Of a stretch of 64,000 nt of DNA, positions 19,647 to 31,542 are shown piece by piece (the stretch's first letter is position 1; every line of letters starts with the position of its first letter). A program made the translations under genes and the position numbers. Source of the stretch: an uncultured bacterium (lineage in GTDB: Bacteria; Krumholzibacteriota; Krumholzibacteriia; Krumholzibacteriales; Krumholzibacteriaceae); contig CAWBAN010000001.1 of NCBI GenBank assembly GCA_963786935.1, forward strand, positions 1,152,001 to 1,216,000, written 5' to 3'. Below the pieces are notes generated by a model. That model was not told the DNA's origin. It did not search any database and worked only from the letters and a program-made list of their open reading frames with translations.

Positions 19647-19659
19647 TAATATATTGATA
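19647..19659 (-). promoter_or_regulatory. IHF-like binding site
   Basis: Minus strand TATCAATATATTA fits WATCAANNNNTTR exactly, in an AT-rich patch upstream of the sigma54 motif. Confidence 0.5.
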
Positions 19660-19786
19660 TGAAAGCAAATAAGAGCGTCGCCCAAGCTTTCGGCCCTGCC
19701 CAGCGCAGTCAGCGGCTATCGTTCCTGCCCGGCTTCAATCTCGGGGAATTGCTGCTCCCGCGATTCCCCATCCCTCGATCCGAATC

Positions 19787-19815
19787 AAAATAGCATACAG
19801 CGGAGCAAATTGCAA
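19787..19815 (-). promoter_or_regulatory. Putative distal sigma70-type promoter
   Basis: TTGCAA-N17-TATTTT with TG just upstream of the -10 element. Confidence 0.4.
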
Positions 19816-19957
19816 CACGAAGGAGTTTCATAACTCTCTGAAATAGAATATCTTAATTAACTATATTCGAACGCGTCCCCGGCGATCCGCGCATCCCCCT
19901 GGAATTTGGCAGAAAAGCTGACACAACCGATGCGGCGGTCCGATTCCGGTCATCCGT

Positions 19958-20350
19958 TCATTCCACGAAGACAACGGAGTTGTATCCGCCGAATCCATCC
20001 TTGATCCTGCTCGGATTTTCGGAATCGCTCATCCATTTCTTGCCGTCGATGAGGAACTTGTACTCGTAGCGTCCCGGCTTCAGCGGGAGCGTGATCGACC
20101 AGAGCCCCTTTTCCTCGCGGTCGTACATCGGATCGGCGCTCGTCGACCAATTGTTGAAATCGCCGACGATCGCGACGCGCTGCGCTCCGGACGCGGAGCA
20201 AACGAAGAGCACTCCCCCTTCGACCGGCCGGGGCCCCGCCGCGGGCTCCGAGCCGGCGCCCGGTCCCGGCGATTTCCCGCCGCAGGAAGCGCCGAGCACG
20301 GCGAGCATCAGCAAGAGCGCGATTCGAGGATCGATGAACCGACGCATCAT
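19958..20350 (-). CDS. Lipoprotein with a glycogen-binding CBM48/AMPK-beta-like domain
   Basis: Lipobox-like LGASC. VAIVGDFNNWS..W.ITLPLKPGRYEYKFLIDGKKWMSDSENP...DGFGGYNSV. Start trimmed to MMRR. Confidence 0.85.
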   Translation of the reverse strand: MMRRFIDPRIALLLMLAVLGASCGGKSPGPGAGSEPAAGPRPVEGGVLFVCSASGAQRVAIVGDFNNWSTSADPMYDREEKGLWSITLPLKPGRYEYKFLIDGKKWMSDSENPSRIKDGFGGYNSVVFVE

Positions 20351-20352
20351 GA

Positions 20353-20760
20353 TCAGGGCACAATCAGCAGATTGGCCTTTCCCCCTCTTCCGTCGTCGAC
20401 GATCCGGGGATTCTCCGGATCGAGGAGCCACTCGACCTCGTTGATCAGGAAACGGTACCGGTAGCGGCCGCTCGCGAGCCGGACCCTGATGCGCCACACA
20501 CCCGGTTCTCCGGCCTGCTCCATGAGCCCCACGAGCACTTCGCCCTCCTCGGCGTCTCCGCGCGCCCAGTTGTTCCCCGGCCAGTCGGCCGCGATCTGCA
20601 CGGTGCGCGCCGAAGGAGCCTTGACGCTGAACACGACGGCGTCGCCGTCGACACGGGCGGAATCGAGCGACTTCTCGAGATACTTTCCGCATGAAAGACA
20701 GAGAGCCAGGAGAACGAAGGGCGCGCCGAAGCGCATCGTGGTGTGCCGCCGGGTCCGCAT
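20353..20760 (-). CDS. Lipoprotein with a CBM48/AMPK-beta-like domain
   Basis: GGGGGAG RBS before ATG 20760, lipobox-like CLSC, APSARTVQIAADW..GRYRYRFLINEVEWLLDPENP..DDGRGGKAN. Confidence 0.8.
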   Translation of the reverse strand: MRTRRHTTMRFGAPFVLLALCLSCGKYLEKSLDSARVDGDAVVFSVKAPSARTVQIAADWPGNNWARGDAEEGEVLVGLMEQAGEPGVWRIRVRLASGRYRYRFLINEVEWLLDPENPRIVDDGRGGKANLLIVP

Positions 20761-20783
20761 ACGTGAAATATACTCCCCCCGCG

Positions 20784-22721
20784 TCAGAAAGTAAAACCCG
20801 CCTCGAAGGTGACGGTCCAATCCTCGGCGAGCGCCTCTTCCGCCGCGATGAGCGCTTTCATCGCCGCGTCCGCGCCCCCCGCCGCGAGCGCGTCGTAGAC
20901 GCCGCGCTCCTCCAGATACGACTCCCGCCCGTGATCCGAGAACGCGTAGAGCCATCGATCGAATCCGTACGGATTCACGCCCGCGCCGAGCGCGCACCAG
21001 AGCGTTTTGGTCACGTGAGCGCGGACCGACAGATACGCGTCGACGAAATCGCGCCTGACGGAGCCGTAGTCGTAGGTTGCGCCTCGCATGTCGACGATCG
21101 CCGCCACGCGCGGATGCAGGCCGATGCCGTCCGACAGCCGGATCTCCCTGAGCAGGGGCGCGCCGTTCGATCCGGTTCCCCGCTGCGTGATCGATGCGCG
21201 CAGGCCCGTTCCCCACGGGAGATCACCCGGCGGCGCGCATTTCCACGCGGCCGATATCGACGCCTCGAAGACGTCGCGCTCGGAGAGGAACGGAATGAGT
21301 CCGCAGGTGACCTCGTCGCCGTCGAGCCAGAAGTTCGACTTCCCGAGCCAGAACACGTCTCCCGTGGCGAGCGCCGAAAAGCTCTCGAGCTTCGCCCTGA
21401 CGCCGATCACGAGCGGATCCCCGTCGATCTCGACCGTGCCCTCGATGGAGCTCCGCCAGCCGTCCGGACGCGGCTCCCCGGCCGATTCATCGGATTCGAG
21501 GGTCGTTTGGGAAAAGACGAACGCCGACCGAATGCCGTTCCAGCTGCGCGCGACCGTGCCGCAGAGCCGGTAGCCGCGCACCAATTCGGCCTCGAGGGAG
21601 ACGTCGCGCGAGGGAGCGCTCTCGTCTTCCGCCGCGCCCGTCGCGCAGAGGCGGTTCGTCCCGAAGAGCACTTCTCCCTCCGCCGTCATCCCCTGCTCGC
21701 CGGCGACGGAGAGCCACGCGCCCTGGATCTCCTCCTTCTCGTATCCGTGGTAGAGATCCTCTCCGAGCGCGGGATATCGCCACGCGCCGTCCTTCGGTCT
21801 CCGATCCTGCCGGTAGAGATATCGCACCGCCGCGGCGCCGATCTTCGTCCCGAGACGCATGGCGTAGATGTCCGAATCGACGAAATCGCGCGACGAGAAC
21901 AGGTCGGTCTGCGAGGGCGCTCCCTCGAGTCCCGAGCGGTACCCCGAAAGCCGGCTCGCGAAGAGCAGCCACGTCTCGACGCCGAGCGGGAGCGTCCCGT
22001 CGAAAGAGGCGCCCCTCGAGAAGAGGCTCACCGGATACGCGTACGGGCCGGCCCGTCCGATGAGACGAAGCGGATCGCCGGCGGCGAGCTCCTCGGCCGG
22101 GCGGCTGAAGAACGAGAGCGATCCTCGCTCGAAACGGTACGAAGCCGTGCCGCGGAGCAGGAATGAGGCGCCCGAGTCGGGCTCGCCGTCGATGAAGTCC
22201 TCCGCCGATCCGACGGAGAGATCGGCGTCCACCTTGTCGCCGATCGAGCCGGCGATCCCCGCCGCGGCGAACAGCGACGCCGAGCCGTCGCCGACGACGG
22301 CGTCGATCCGAACGAACGGGGACACGCGGGCGCTCGAGAGCGCTCCCGGCGCGCGCGCCCCGCTCGCCAGGATCACCTCGAGCGCGCCCGCCCGCTCGAC
22401 GAGCGTGAAACAGGAATTTCCCTCGGCGTCGAGGCACGGATTGTCCGGATCCGGCTTCGAGACGCCGTCGACGAGGAACCGGTAGCGGTACGTGCCGGGA
22501 AGGAGATAGAGCCTGATCTCGAGCTTTCCTTCCGCGCGCACCATGAGATCCATGGTCGGATTCCAGCCGTTGAAGTCGCCGATCAGAAAAACGCTTCCGG
22601 TGTCCGGAGCGCCGAGCTTGAATACGATTTCCTCCTCTTCCACGGCGACCGAAGCGAATCCGGGGGCCGCGACGAGCATCGAGAGAAGGGCCGTCCAGAG
22701 AATGGCGCGTCGCCCGATCAT
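20784..22721 (-). CDS. Secreted protein with N-terminal CBM48-like domain and predicted outer-membrane beta-barrel
   Basis: Signal peptide, SVFLIGDFNGWNP..PGTYRYRFLVDG..PDPDNP, amphipathic strands ending WTVTFEAGFTF (terminal Phe). The ATG overlaps the upstream TGA. Confidence 0.75.
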   Translation of the reverse strand: MIGRRAILWTALLSMLVAAPGFASVAVEEEEIVFKLGAPDTGSVFLIGDFNGWNPTMDLMVRAEGKLEIRLYLLPGTYRYRFLVDGVSKPDPDNPCLDAEGNSCFTLVERAGALEVILASGARAPGALSSARVSPFVRIDAVVGDGSASLFAAAGIAGSIGDKVDADLSVGSAEDFIDGEPDSGASFLLRGTASYRFERGSLSFFSRPAEELAAGDPLRLIGRAGPYAYPVSLFSRGASFDGTLPLGVETWLLFASRLSGYRSGLEGAPSQTDLFSSRDFVDSDIYAMRLGTKIGAAAVRYLYRQDRRPKDGAWRYPALGEDLYHGYEKEEIQGAWLSVAGEQGMTAEGEVLFGTNRLCATGAAEDESAPSRDVSLEAELVRGYRLCGTVARSWNGIRSAFVFSQTTLESDESAGEPRPDGWRSSIEGTVEIDGDPLVIGVRAKLESFSALATGDVFWLGKSNFWLDGDEVTCGLIPFLSERDVFEASISAAWKCAPPGDLPWGTGLRASITQRGTGSNGAPLLREIRLSDGIGLHPRVAAIVDMRGATYDYGSVRRDFVDAYLSVRAHVTKTLWCALGAGVNPYGFDRWLYAFSDHGRESYLEERGVYDALAAGGADAAMKALIAAEEALAEDWTVTFEAGFTF

Positions 22722-24250
22722 TCGGCGCTCACCCCCCCGAACCAGATCCTCGCCGCGAGAGAGATGAAGCGCTCGTGCGAAGGGGCCTGCGGCTCGAAGG
22801 CGCGGCCGATCTCGATCCCCTCGAATGACGGAACGAACGACCCGAACGCGATCATCATGAGGAATTGATCCCGCGGACGAAATTCGATCTCGACGTTGTA
22901 GAGGCTCGTTTGAGAACGATACAGGTAGAGCACGCTCCGGGCCGTGATCCGGGAGCCGACGTTGATCGCCCCGTCCGTCCCGAACGAAAGATCGTTCGCC
23001 GCGCCGAGATCGTCGAGACGGGCGATCATCGAGACGCGCGAGCGGGCGTTGTCGTTCGAGACGCCGACGAGGGCCGACGATCGCCTGCCCGCGCTGCACA
23101 GCAGGCTCTCCCTCAGCTCGAACCCGCCCTGGTATCTCGTCCGGGCGCTCACGATCAGGCGCCTGAAATCCCCCTCGCTCCCGGACCCGTCCGAAGCCTC
23201 GATCGAGGCGAGCGCGTCGTATTCGGCGCTCTTCCACCACGCGACGCAATAGTTCTCCTCCTCACCCGGAACGACCTCTCCCTGCGGATCGAGAAATTCG
23301 CTGCCGGCGAAGCGGTATCCCGGAACGATTCCCACGGTGCCCAGACGCCCGAGCGGGACGTCGGGAACCTCGATCTCGCCCGAGAACGCGTCGTTCGGGG
23401 AAAACACGGCGCCGATTCCGTCGGATCCGAGAGCGTCCGGCTCGAGATCGAAGAATGAGCTCTCCTGCAAATCCCCCCACGATCCGCTCCGGCTGCGCGC
23501 GAGCTCCGCGTAAATACCCGCGCGGCCGATCCTGAGGCCGAGATCAGTCCCGACCGTCACGAAATCCCCGTTCGGCGTCGACCGGATTTCCGACAGCGTG
23601 AATCCCGCGTACCAGCGCTTCCCCGCCCCCGCCTCGAGGCGAAGCGTCTGGAGCGCGTCATCGCCGCCATCGAACGCCGGGAGCCCCCCGTGCGCGCCGA
23701 TCGCGGCCGAGTCCTCGAGCACCGATCCGATATAATCGAGCGCGAAATGGCCGCCCACCCGCGCTTGAACCACCAGCCCCTCACCGCGCCCCTCGACGAA
23801 GGGGGATTCGTCGGAGAGGCCTCTCAGCAGCTGCCGCCCCACGCGAAAGACGCGCTCGCGCGCGAAAGCCCTCGCGCGCACGGCGCCGCCCCATGCATTG
23901 AGCTCGGCGTGCCATTGATCGAGGATGAACTGCTCGGTCTGCAGATTCCAATCGAGACGCATCCCCGTGGCGCCCTTGGCGAACATCGAAAACCGGCCGT
24001 GGAAATCGACATCGCCGAGGACGGCGAGGCGGTCGTTGAGGTGGGACAGGGAGGCCTCGTCGTTCCATGGAAAACCGGCCGATGAGCGGTCGAACACGAG
24101 GCTGCTCCGATAGAGCGCGGACCATCGAAACACGGTCGCGGAATCGGCATCGCCGCAGCGCGCCGCGGGCGGCGCGGCAAAAGCGGACGCGACGAAGGCG
24201 AGCACGACGCCGCAGACAAAATCGATGCCGCCCTTCCGTCCTCCCGTCAC
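22718..24250 (-). CDS. Hypothetical secreted protein, probable outer-membrane beta-barrel
   Basis: GTG at 24248-24250 overlaps the upstream TGA. Signal-like N-terminus, alternating hydrophobic strands, ends RFISLAARIWFGG. Confidence 0.65.
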   Translation of the reverse strand: MTGGRKGGIDFVCGVVLAFVASAFAAPPAARCGDADSATVFRWSALYRSSLVFDRSSAGFPWNDEASLSHLNDRLAVLGDVDFHGRFSMFAKGATGMRLDWNLQTEQFILDQWHAELNAWGGAVRARAFARERVFRVGRQLLRGLSDESPFVEGRGEGLVVQARVGGHFALDYIGSVLEDSAAIGAHGGLPAFDGGDDALQTLRLEAGAGKRWYAGFTLSEIRSTPNGDFVTVGTDLGLRIGRAGIYAELARSRSGSWGDLQESSFFDLEPDALGSDGIGAVFSPNDAFSGEIEVPDVPLGRLGTVGIVPGYRFAGSEFLDPQGEVVPGEEENYCVAWWKSAEYDALASIEASDGSGSEGDFRRLIVSARTRYQGGFELRESLLCSAGRRSSALVGVSNDNARSRVSMIARLDDLGAANDLSFGTDGAINVGSRITARSVLYLYRSQTSLYNVEIEFRPRDQFLMMIAFGSFVPSFEGIEIGRAFEPQAPSHERFISLAARIWFGGVSAE

Positions 24251-25113
24251 GGCGCCTCCCCGTCGGGCGCGCTCCCGAGACGCGCCTCGCACGCGACCGT
24301 CCACGTAACGCCGTCGTCCCCCGCCGCCGCGAACGCGACGACAGCCCCGACGCGCTTCCCCGTCCAGCGCGCGCCTCCCGTGACGTTCCCGTCCGAGAAT
24401 CCCGCGAGGAGCTCGAGCGGCACGGCGGTTTTCACGCCCATTCCGTAATGGAGCGTCGTCCGGCCGGCGAGGCGCTCCGCCGCGCAGGAGAGAACGATCC
24501 GGTCCTCCCAGAAGTACGAAGCGCCGTACCGCTGCGCGCGGCGCCATGATTCGCCGTCCGGGCCGGAGCCCGGATGCGCGTCCGCTATGTTGGCGACCGA
24601 ATAGGCGAAGGCCAGCACGGGAAGCGGCTTCAGGATGACGCCGGCATCTCCGCTCGCTTTCCACGACGAGTCGCGCTCGCCGGTATCCGGCAGGTCGCGC
24701 GAGACGCCCCCGATCGTCGCGTTCGCGCCGATCGACAGGAACGATCCCTGCGCCCCCTCGATGAGCCGATGGGCGACGCCGACGGCGACGAGGTCGTCCG
24801 TTCCGTCCCCGGCTCCGGAGCGATACCAGCCGATCCCCGCGCGCGTGTTCCCCCGGCCGGCCGCGAAGCACGCTCGTGACCGGCGCGCCCCGCCCGTTTC
24901 GGCGGGTTCGGCGTAATCCCCGTAGATCGCGTACCGCGGGGAAACCACGATGCCCGCCGGATTCACGAACAGCGCCGACGGACCGTCGGCGAGCGAAACG
25001 AGCACTCCTCCCATCGCCTCGGAGCGGGCCACGGTTGAAGATTGGTCGAGGTGGGCTTCGGCTGACGCGCCGAACGTGCACGAAACGAGAAGAACGAAGA
25101 GGCGCCGTTTCAT
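24247..25113 (-). CDS. PorV/PorQ-like outer-membrane protein (divergent)
   Basis: Signal peptide then ARSEAMGG...ADGPSALFVNPAGI, the same N-terminal motif as the other two PorV-like genes. Confidence 0.7.
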   Translation of the reverse strand: MKRRLFVLLVSCTFGASAEAHLDQSSTVARSEAMGGVLVSLADGPSALFVNPAGIVVSPRYAIYGDYAEPAETGGARRSRACFAAGRGNTRAGIGWYRSGAGDGTDDLVAVGVAHRLIEGAQGSFLSIGANATIGGVSRDLPDTGERDSSWKASGDAGVILKPLPVLAFAYSVANIADAHPGSGPDGESWRRAQRYGASYFWEDRIVLSCAAERLAGRTTLHYGMGVKTAVPLELLAGFSDGNVTGGARWTGKRVGAVVAFAAAGDDGVTWTVACEARLGSAPDGEAP

Positions 25114-25607
25114 CACCGGGGACCTTTGGCCTCGTCGAGCCGCTTCAATCCCTCGAGTATCAGATGGTCCAGCTTGACTTCGAGATAGATGTCCTCATCC
25201 TGGGGAATCGCGTCGCGGAAGAAGACAAACTGCCCCTTATGCCACGACAGCACCTCGTAGACGACTTCCTTCATCTGCTCCTGAATCGCCTCGACGAGCG
25301 TGTTGTAGTCGAGATACGCGCGCTCGATGAGCACATGGCCGATACGGCCGCGGCCCTCGTTCATCATATGGTCGCGGAGAACCTTGGCGAGCTGTTCCTC
25401 CGTCAACAAACCTTTTTCGACGAGGAACTTCCCCAGCTTCCTCTTCCTGGTGTCTATCGTGGCGTAGACGAGATCCCCTTTTTTGAAGTAGAAGCTCGCC
25501 ACGTTGTCGTGTGTCACGAACTTGATCTCGCCCGTGAGCCCCGAGAAGCTCATGATCTGAAAAACGACCGAAGGGTCGAGGACCGAGAGATCCCCCCCGA
25601 AATCCAT
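25113..25607 (-). CDS. DUF4388 domain protein
   Basis: AAGGAGG RBS. GDLSVLDPSVVFQI..LTGEI..YFKKGDLVYA..KLGKFLVEKG..VLSWHKGQFVF..LILEGLKRLDE. Confidence 0.85.
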   Translation of the reverse strand: MDFGGDLSVLDPSVVFQIMSFSGLTGEIKFVTHDNVASFYFKKGDLVYATIDTRKRKLGKFLVEKGLLTEEQLAKVLRDHMMNEGRGRIGHVLIERAYLDYNTLVEAIQEQMKEVVYEVLSWHKGQFVFFRDAIPQDEDIYLEVKLDHLILEGLKRLDEAKGPR

Positions 25608-25660
25608 CACGAACCTCCTTTGGCGCCACGGCCGCCGCGCGGAGCGGCCCGGCGGTTCCT

Positions 25661-28405
<2,745 letters not shown>

Positions 28406-28428
28406 GGGAGACCTCCTATCTTAATTCA

Positions 28429-28441
28429 TATCAATACATTG
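28429..28441 (+). promoter_or_regulatory. IHF-like site upstream of ppdK
   Basis: TATCAATACATTG fits WATCAANNNNTTR. Confidence 0.4.
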
Positions 28442-28571
28442 CGCATTCCACCGCGCACCGCGTCACACCCGATGAGTCTATATTCAAACGGGGAACAATG
28501 GCAACGTAATTATATCTCCGATGAGCGCCCGCGATGCGGGGCGGCGCCGGGGCAGCGAAGGCGCGGCGGCG

Positions 28572-30266
28572 TCAACGCAGCATGACGGTCTTGACCGTTC
28601 GCAGCGACGAACCGTAGCTCACGGCGATAAAGTAGACGCCGCCGGAGGCGCGCTCCCCTCGATCGTTCGTGCCGTCCCACGCGACCGTCAGAGAATCCCG
28701 AAGCGATTCCCCGCCGGCGAGCGTCTTGACGAGCGCGCCGCGGCAGTCATAGACCCTGACCGCGACCGCCGCCGGGGCATCGAGGGTAACCGAAAGGTTC
28801 GTGGATACCGTAAAGGGATTCGGAAAGGCCCGCAGCGAGGCGACGGTCCCGGGCGGCGGCGACGTCAGCGCGACGTTCGGGATACCCCACCCGTACACGT
28901 TGTCTGGGGTGGAGCTCCGCGAAGCCGTGGCCCGCAGCGTGTCGCGCAGCGCCATCGGGCTCCAGTCGGGGTGCTGCTCGAGCAGCAGGACGCAGACGCC
29001 CGCGACGAGCGGCGCCGCGTAGGAAGTCCCGTTGTGCGCGCCGTAGGACGAGGAGCCCGAGACGCTCCACACGCCCGAGCCGGGCGCGACGAAATCGGGT
29101 TTGATACGTCCGTCCGCGGTCGGGCCGCGCGAGCTGAACGACGCGATCACCCCGTTGCGGTCCACCGCGCCGATGGCGAACACGCTGTCCCCGTCCGCCG
29201 GCGCCACGAGCCCCGAGATGCCCTGGTTCCCGGCGGAATTGACGACGACGATCCCGTGAGAAACGGCGATATCCGCGGCGCGGGTGCAGAGCGCCGTGTT
29301 GCCGTCGAGATCCGCGCCGTCGTACCACAGGATATATCCGAGCGAGCTCGAGACGACATCGGCTCCCGCGCTGTCGGCCCATTCGATCCCGGCGACCCAG
29401 TGGTCCTCCTCGATGGGAATCTCGTCGTTCTCGATCTCGGTCTTGGCGAGCAGATACCGCGCTCCCCACGCCGGTCCGATGAGATTCCCCTCGGCGTGCC
29501 CCGCGAGAACGCCGAGCACCGTCGTTCCGTGCGTGTCCTGACCGGGCGGATCGCCCGCCTCGTTCGCCGTCACGGAATCGCCGTTGATGAAATCGTATTG
29601 CGCCTCGACGCTCACGTGCGCGAGCGCGGGATGATCGAGCCTGAATCCGGTATCGAGGAGCGCGATGAGCACGGGCGCTCCGCCGGAAACGCTTCCCGAA
29701 CCGTTCGCGCCGCTCTCGAGAAGACCGATGAGCCCGAGCTGATTCAGCTGCTCGTAGCTTTCCCCGTAATCGAGGGCGTCTTCCGCGCCGGGCGCGCCGG
29801 CCGGCCGGGAGTTCCGCGGTTCCTCGGGCGGACCCTCGGGAAGGCGCCGGAACGACGCGACCAGGTCCGCCGAGCGCACGAACTGCCGTCCGCAGACAGC
29901 CCCGACGTCCCGGGCTTCGATCTCGACGCTCACCGAGTTGAAATAGCGCGAGACATGGCGGATCCTCGTCGCGTGACGGCGGATGGAATCGACGTACGCC
30001 GGCTGCACGGAGCGGTCGCTCTCATCCGTCGCGGCGCGCGCCCGGGCGCCTCGGCGCTCGGCCGCCCGCGCGGAAACGCGCGGCGGCGCGGGCGGCGACT
30101 GAAATCCTCTGTCGGCGAGATGAAACCAAACCGCGATGGTGTCTGAGGGAAGGGCGGCCGCGAGACGCTCGCGAAGCCGCGCGGAGCATTTCAGCGATAC
30201 GGCGGGACCGGACGAGGCGGACGCCGCTCCGACGGCCGAATCCCCGGCGCCGCCCGCGAACATCAC
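28572..30266 (-). CDS. Subtilisin-like S8 serine peptidase with C-terminal FlgD/T9SS-like domain
   Basis: Catalytic motifs LLDTG, HGTTVLG, NSAGN, GTSYAAP. C-terminus FPNPF...WDGTNDRG...GVYF...KTVMLR. Start uncertain: a hydrophobic signal stretch continues in frame upstream of 30266. Confidence 0.92.
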   Translation of the reverse strand: MMFAGGAGDSAVGAASASSGPAVSLKCSARLRERLAAALPSDTIAVWFHLADRGFQSPPAPPRVSARAAERRGARARAATDESDRSVQPAYVDSIRRHATRIRHVSRYFNSVSVEIEARDVGAVCGRQFVRSADLVASFRRLPEGPPEEPRNSRPAGAPGAEDALDYGESYEQLNQLGLIGLLESGANGSGSVSGGAPVLIALLDTGFRLDHPALAHVSVEAQYDFINGDSVTANEAGDPPGQDTHGTTVLGVLAGHAEGNLIGPAWGARYLLAKTEIENDEIPIEEDHWVAGIEWADSAGADVVSSSLGYILWYDGADLDGNTALCTRAADIAVSHGIVVVNSAGNQGISGLVAPADGDSVFAIGAVDRNGVIASFSSRGPTADGRIKPDFVAPGSGVWSVSGSSSYGAHNGTSYAAPLVAGVCVLLLEQHPDWSPMALRDTLRATASRSSTPDNVYGWGIPNVALTSPPPGTVASLRAFPNPFTVSTNLSVTLDAPAAVAVRVYDCRGALVKTLAGGESLRDSLTVAWDGTNDRGERASGGVYFIAVSYGSSLRTVKTVMLR

Positions 30267-30361
30267 GAGCGCCGCCCCGGCGATGATCGCGGCAGGGGCC
30301 CCGCGGCGGCCGCTTCGCGCGCCGCCGCCTCTCCATCGGACGCGTCTGCGGACAATGCTCG

Positions 30362-31282
30362 TTATCGTGCCCTCCGGCGCCCCTGCGGCGCGGGGCGATG
30401 AAACCGCCCGATGCCGAGGTAATGCGCGATGTTGGCGTTCTGCTTCATTTTCGGCGCGATCAGCTTGCTCGCCGCCGTCATGATCACCGTGACGCCGGGA
30501 CCGTGGCCGCTGACGAGGCAGGAGGCGTGCACGACGACGCCGATCGTGATCGCGCCCGTCTTGACCGATCGACCGAACCTGCAGTCCGCGTCGCGTATGG
30601 CGACGACGTCGCCGAGCCGAAGGCTCTGCAGCCCGTACTTCCGCAGCAGATCCTTGTCGGAAACCTGGATGTCGAAGTCGCCGCTGAAGCTGTGCCGCGA
30701 TCCGGTGCCCGATCCCATGATCGCGGCCGGAATGACGTGCGTCACCGGCACGACGAGCTGTTTACCCTGCGCGGCGATCCCCATTTTCCGGAGCAGCTGC
30801 GGATCGACGCTCATCACCTGCACGTCGGGAAAATCCCGGAGCTTGAGCCCCTGGCCGAACGCGCGGATCTGGATCCGGTCGCCGACGACGAGCTTGTCGA
30901 GCACCGAAGGCGCGAAATCGACGATGACATGCTCGACGCCACCGTGCTTGCCGGTCACGACGCCTCGAGCGAGCTGCGCCTCGCCGCTCACGACGCGCGC
31001 TTCGTTTCCGATGCAGGCGAGAATGCAGAGCGCCCCGAGGCTCGCGCCGTCCTTCTCACGCTCGTCGAGCGTCATGCTCACGGCGGGCTCGACGTGATCC
31101 CCCGTGAAGTCGAAGGCCGAGTCGCCGACCACGACGTTATACGTGATGCCGCCGACGCCGGGGAGCACGTGAACGCCCCCTCCCTGATCGACGAGGTACG
31201 GATTCTTGAGCGGTATCCGCGGATGCACGATCGCTCCGGCGACGGACTGCATCACGCACGATTGCTCGTTCGTTCTCAGCAT
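30362..31282 (-). CDS. DUF4438 family protein
   Basis: MLRTNE, PGVGGITYNVVVGD, GDHVEPAVS, CIGNEA, GKHGG, MGSG.G, SGHGPGVT motifs. Confidence 0.85.
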   Translation of the reverse strand: MLRTNEQSCVMQSVAGAIVHPRIPLKNPYLVDQGGGVHVLPGVGGITYNVVVGDSAFDFTGDHVEPAVSMTLDEREKDGASLGALCILACIGNEARVVSGEAQLARGVVTGKHGGVEHVIVDFAPSVLDKLVVGDRIQIRAFGQGLKLRDFPDVQVMSVDPQLLRKMGIAAQGKQLVVPVTHVIPAAIMGSGTGSRHSFSGDFDIQVSDKDLLRKYGLQSLRLGDVVAIRDADCRFGRSVKTGAITIGVVVHASCLVSGHGPGVTVIMTAASKLIAPKMKQNANIAHYLGIGRFHRPAPQGRRRAR

Positions 31283-31486
31283 AGTTCAACCCTTCGTTTC
31301 CCCGCGCGCGCTCCGCGGTGAGCCTCCCCTGTTCCCTCGTTCGAGCCGATACGCGAATCCTCGCGAACTCCTGCGGTAAGATGTGATGTTCCCAGAAAAT
31401 ACGGCCCGCGTCAAGATGATTGAAAATCGCGCTTCGCCGTCCCGCCGCGCGGGGGCGCGGCCCCCCGGGAGTCCGGTGGAACCGTC

Positions 31487-31522
31487 AAAAAAAAGAGCCG
31501 CTCCCTGCGCGGGGAGCGGCTC
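31487..31522 (-). terminator. Rho-independent terminator
   Basis: GAGCCGCTCCC/GGGAGCGGCTC stem followed by T8 on the minus strand, just after the 31543 stop. Confidence 0.9.
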
Positions 31523-31542
31523 GATACCGGCGGGCGCCGGAA

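Noticed and set aside
30267..30340. Possible frameshift at the 5' end of the S8 peptidase (ATG 30336 out of frame)
   Set aside because: Cannot be distinguished from a non-standard or downstream start, and no single-G addition to a long homopolymer fixes it.
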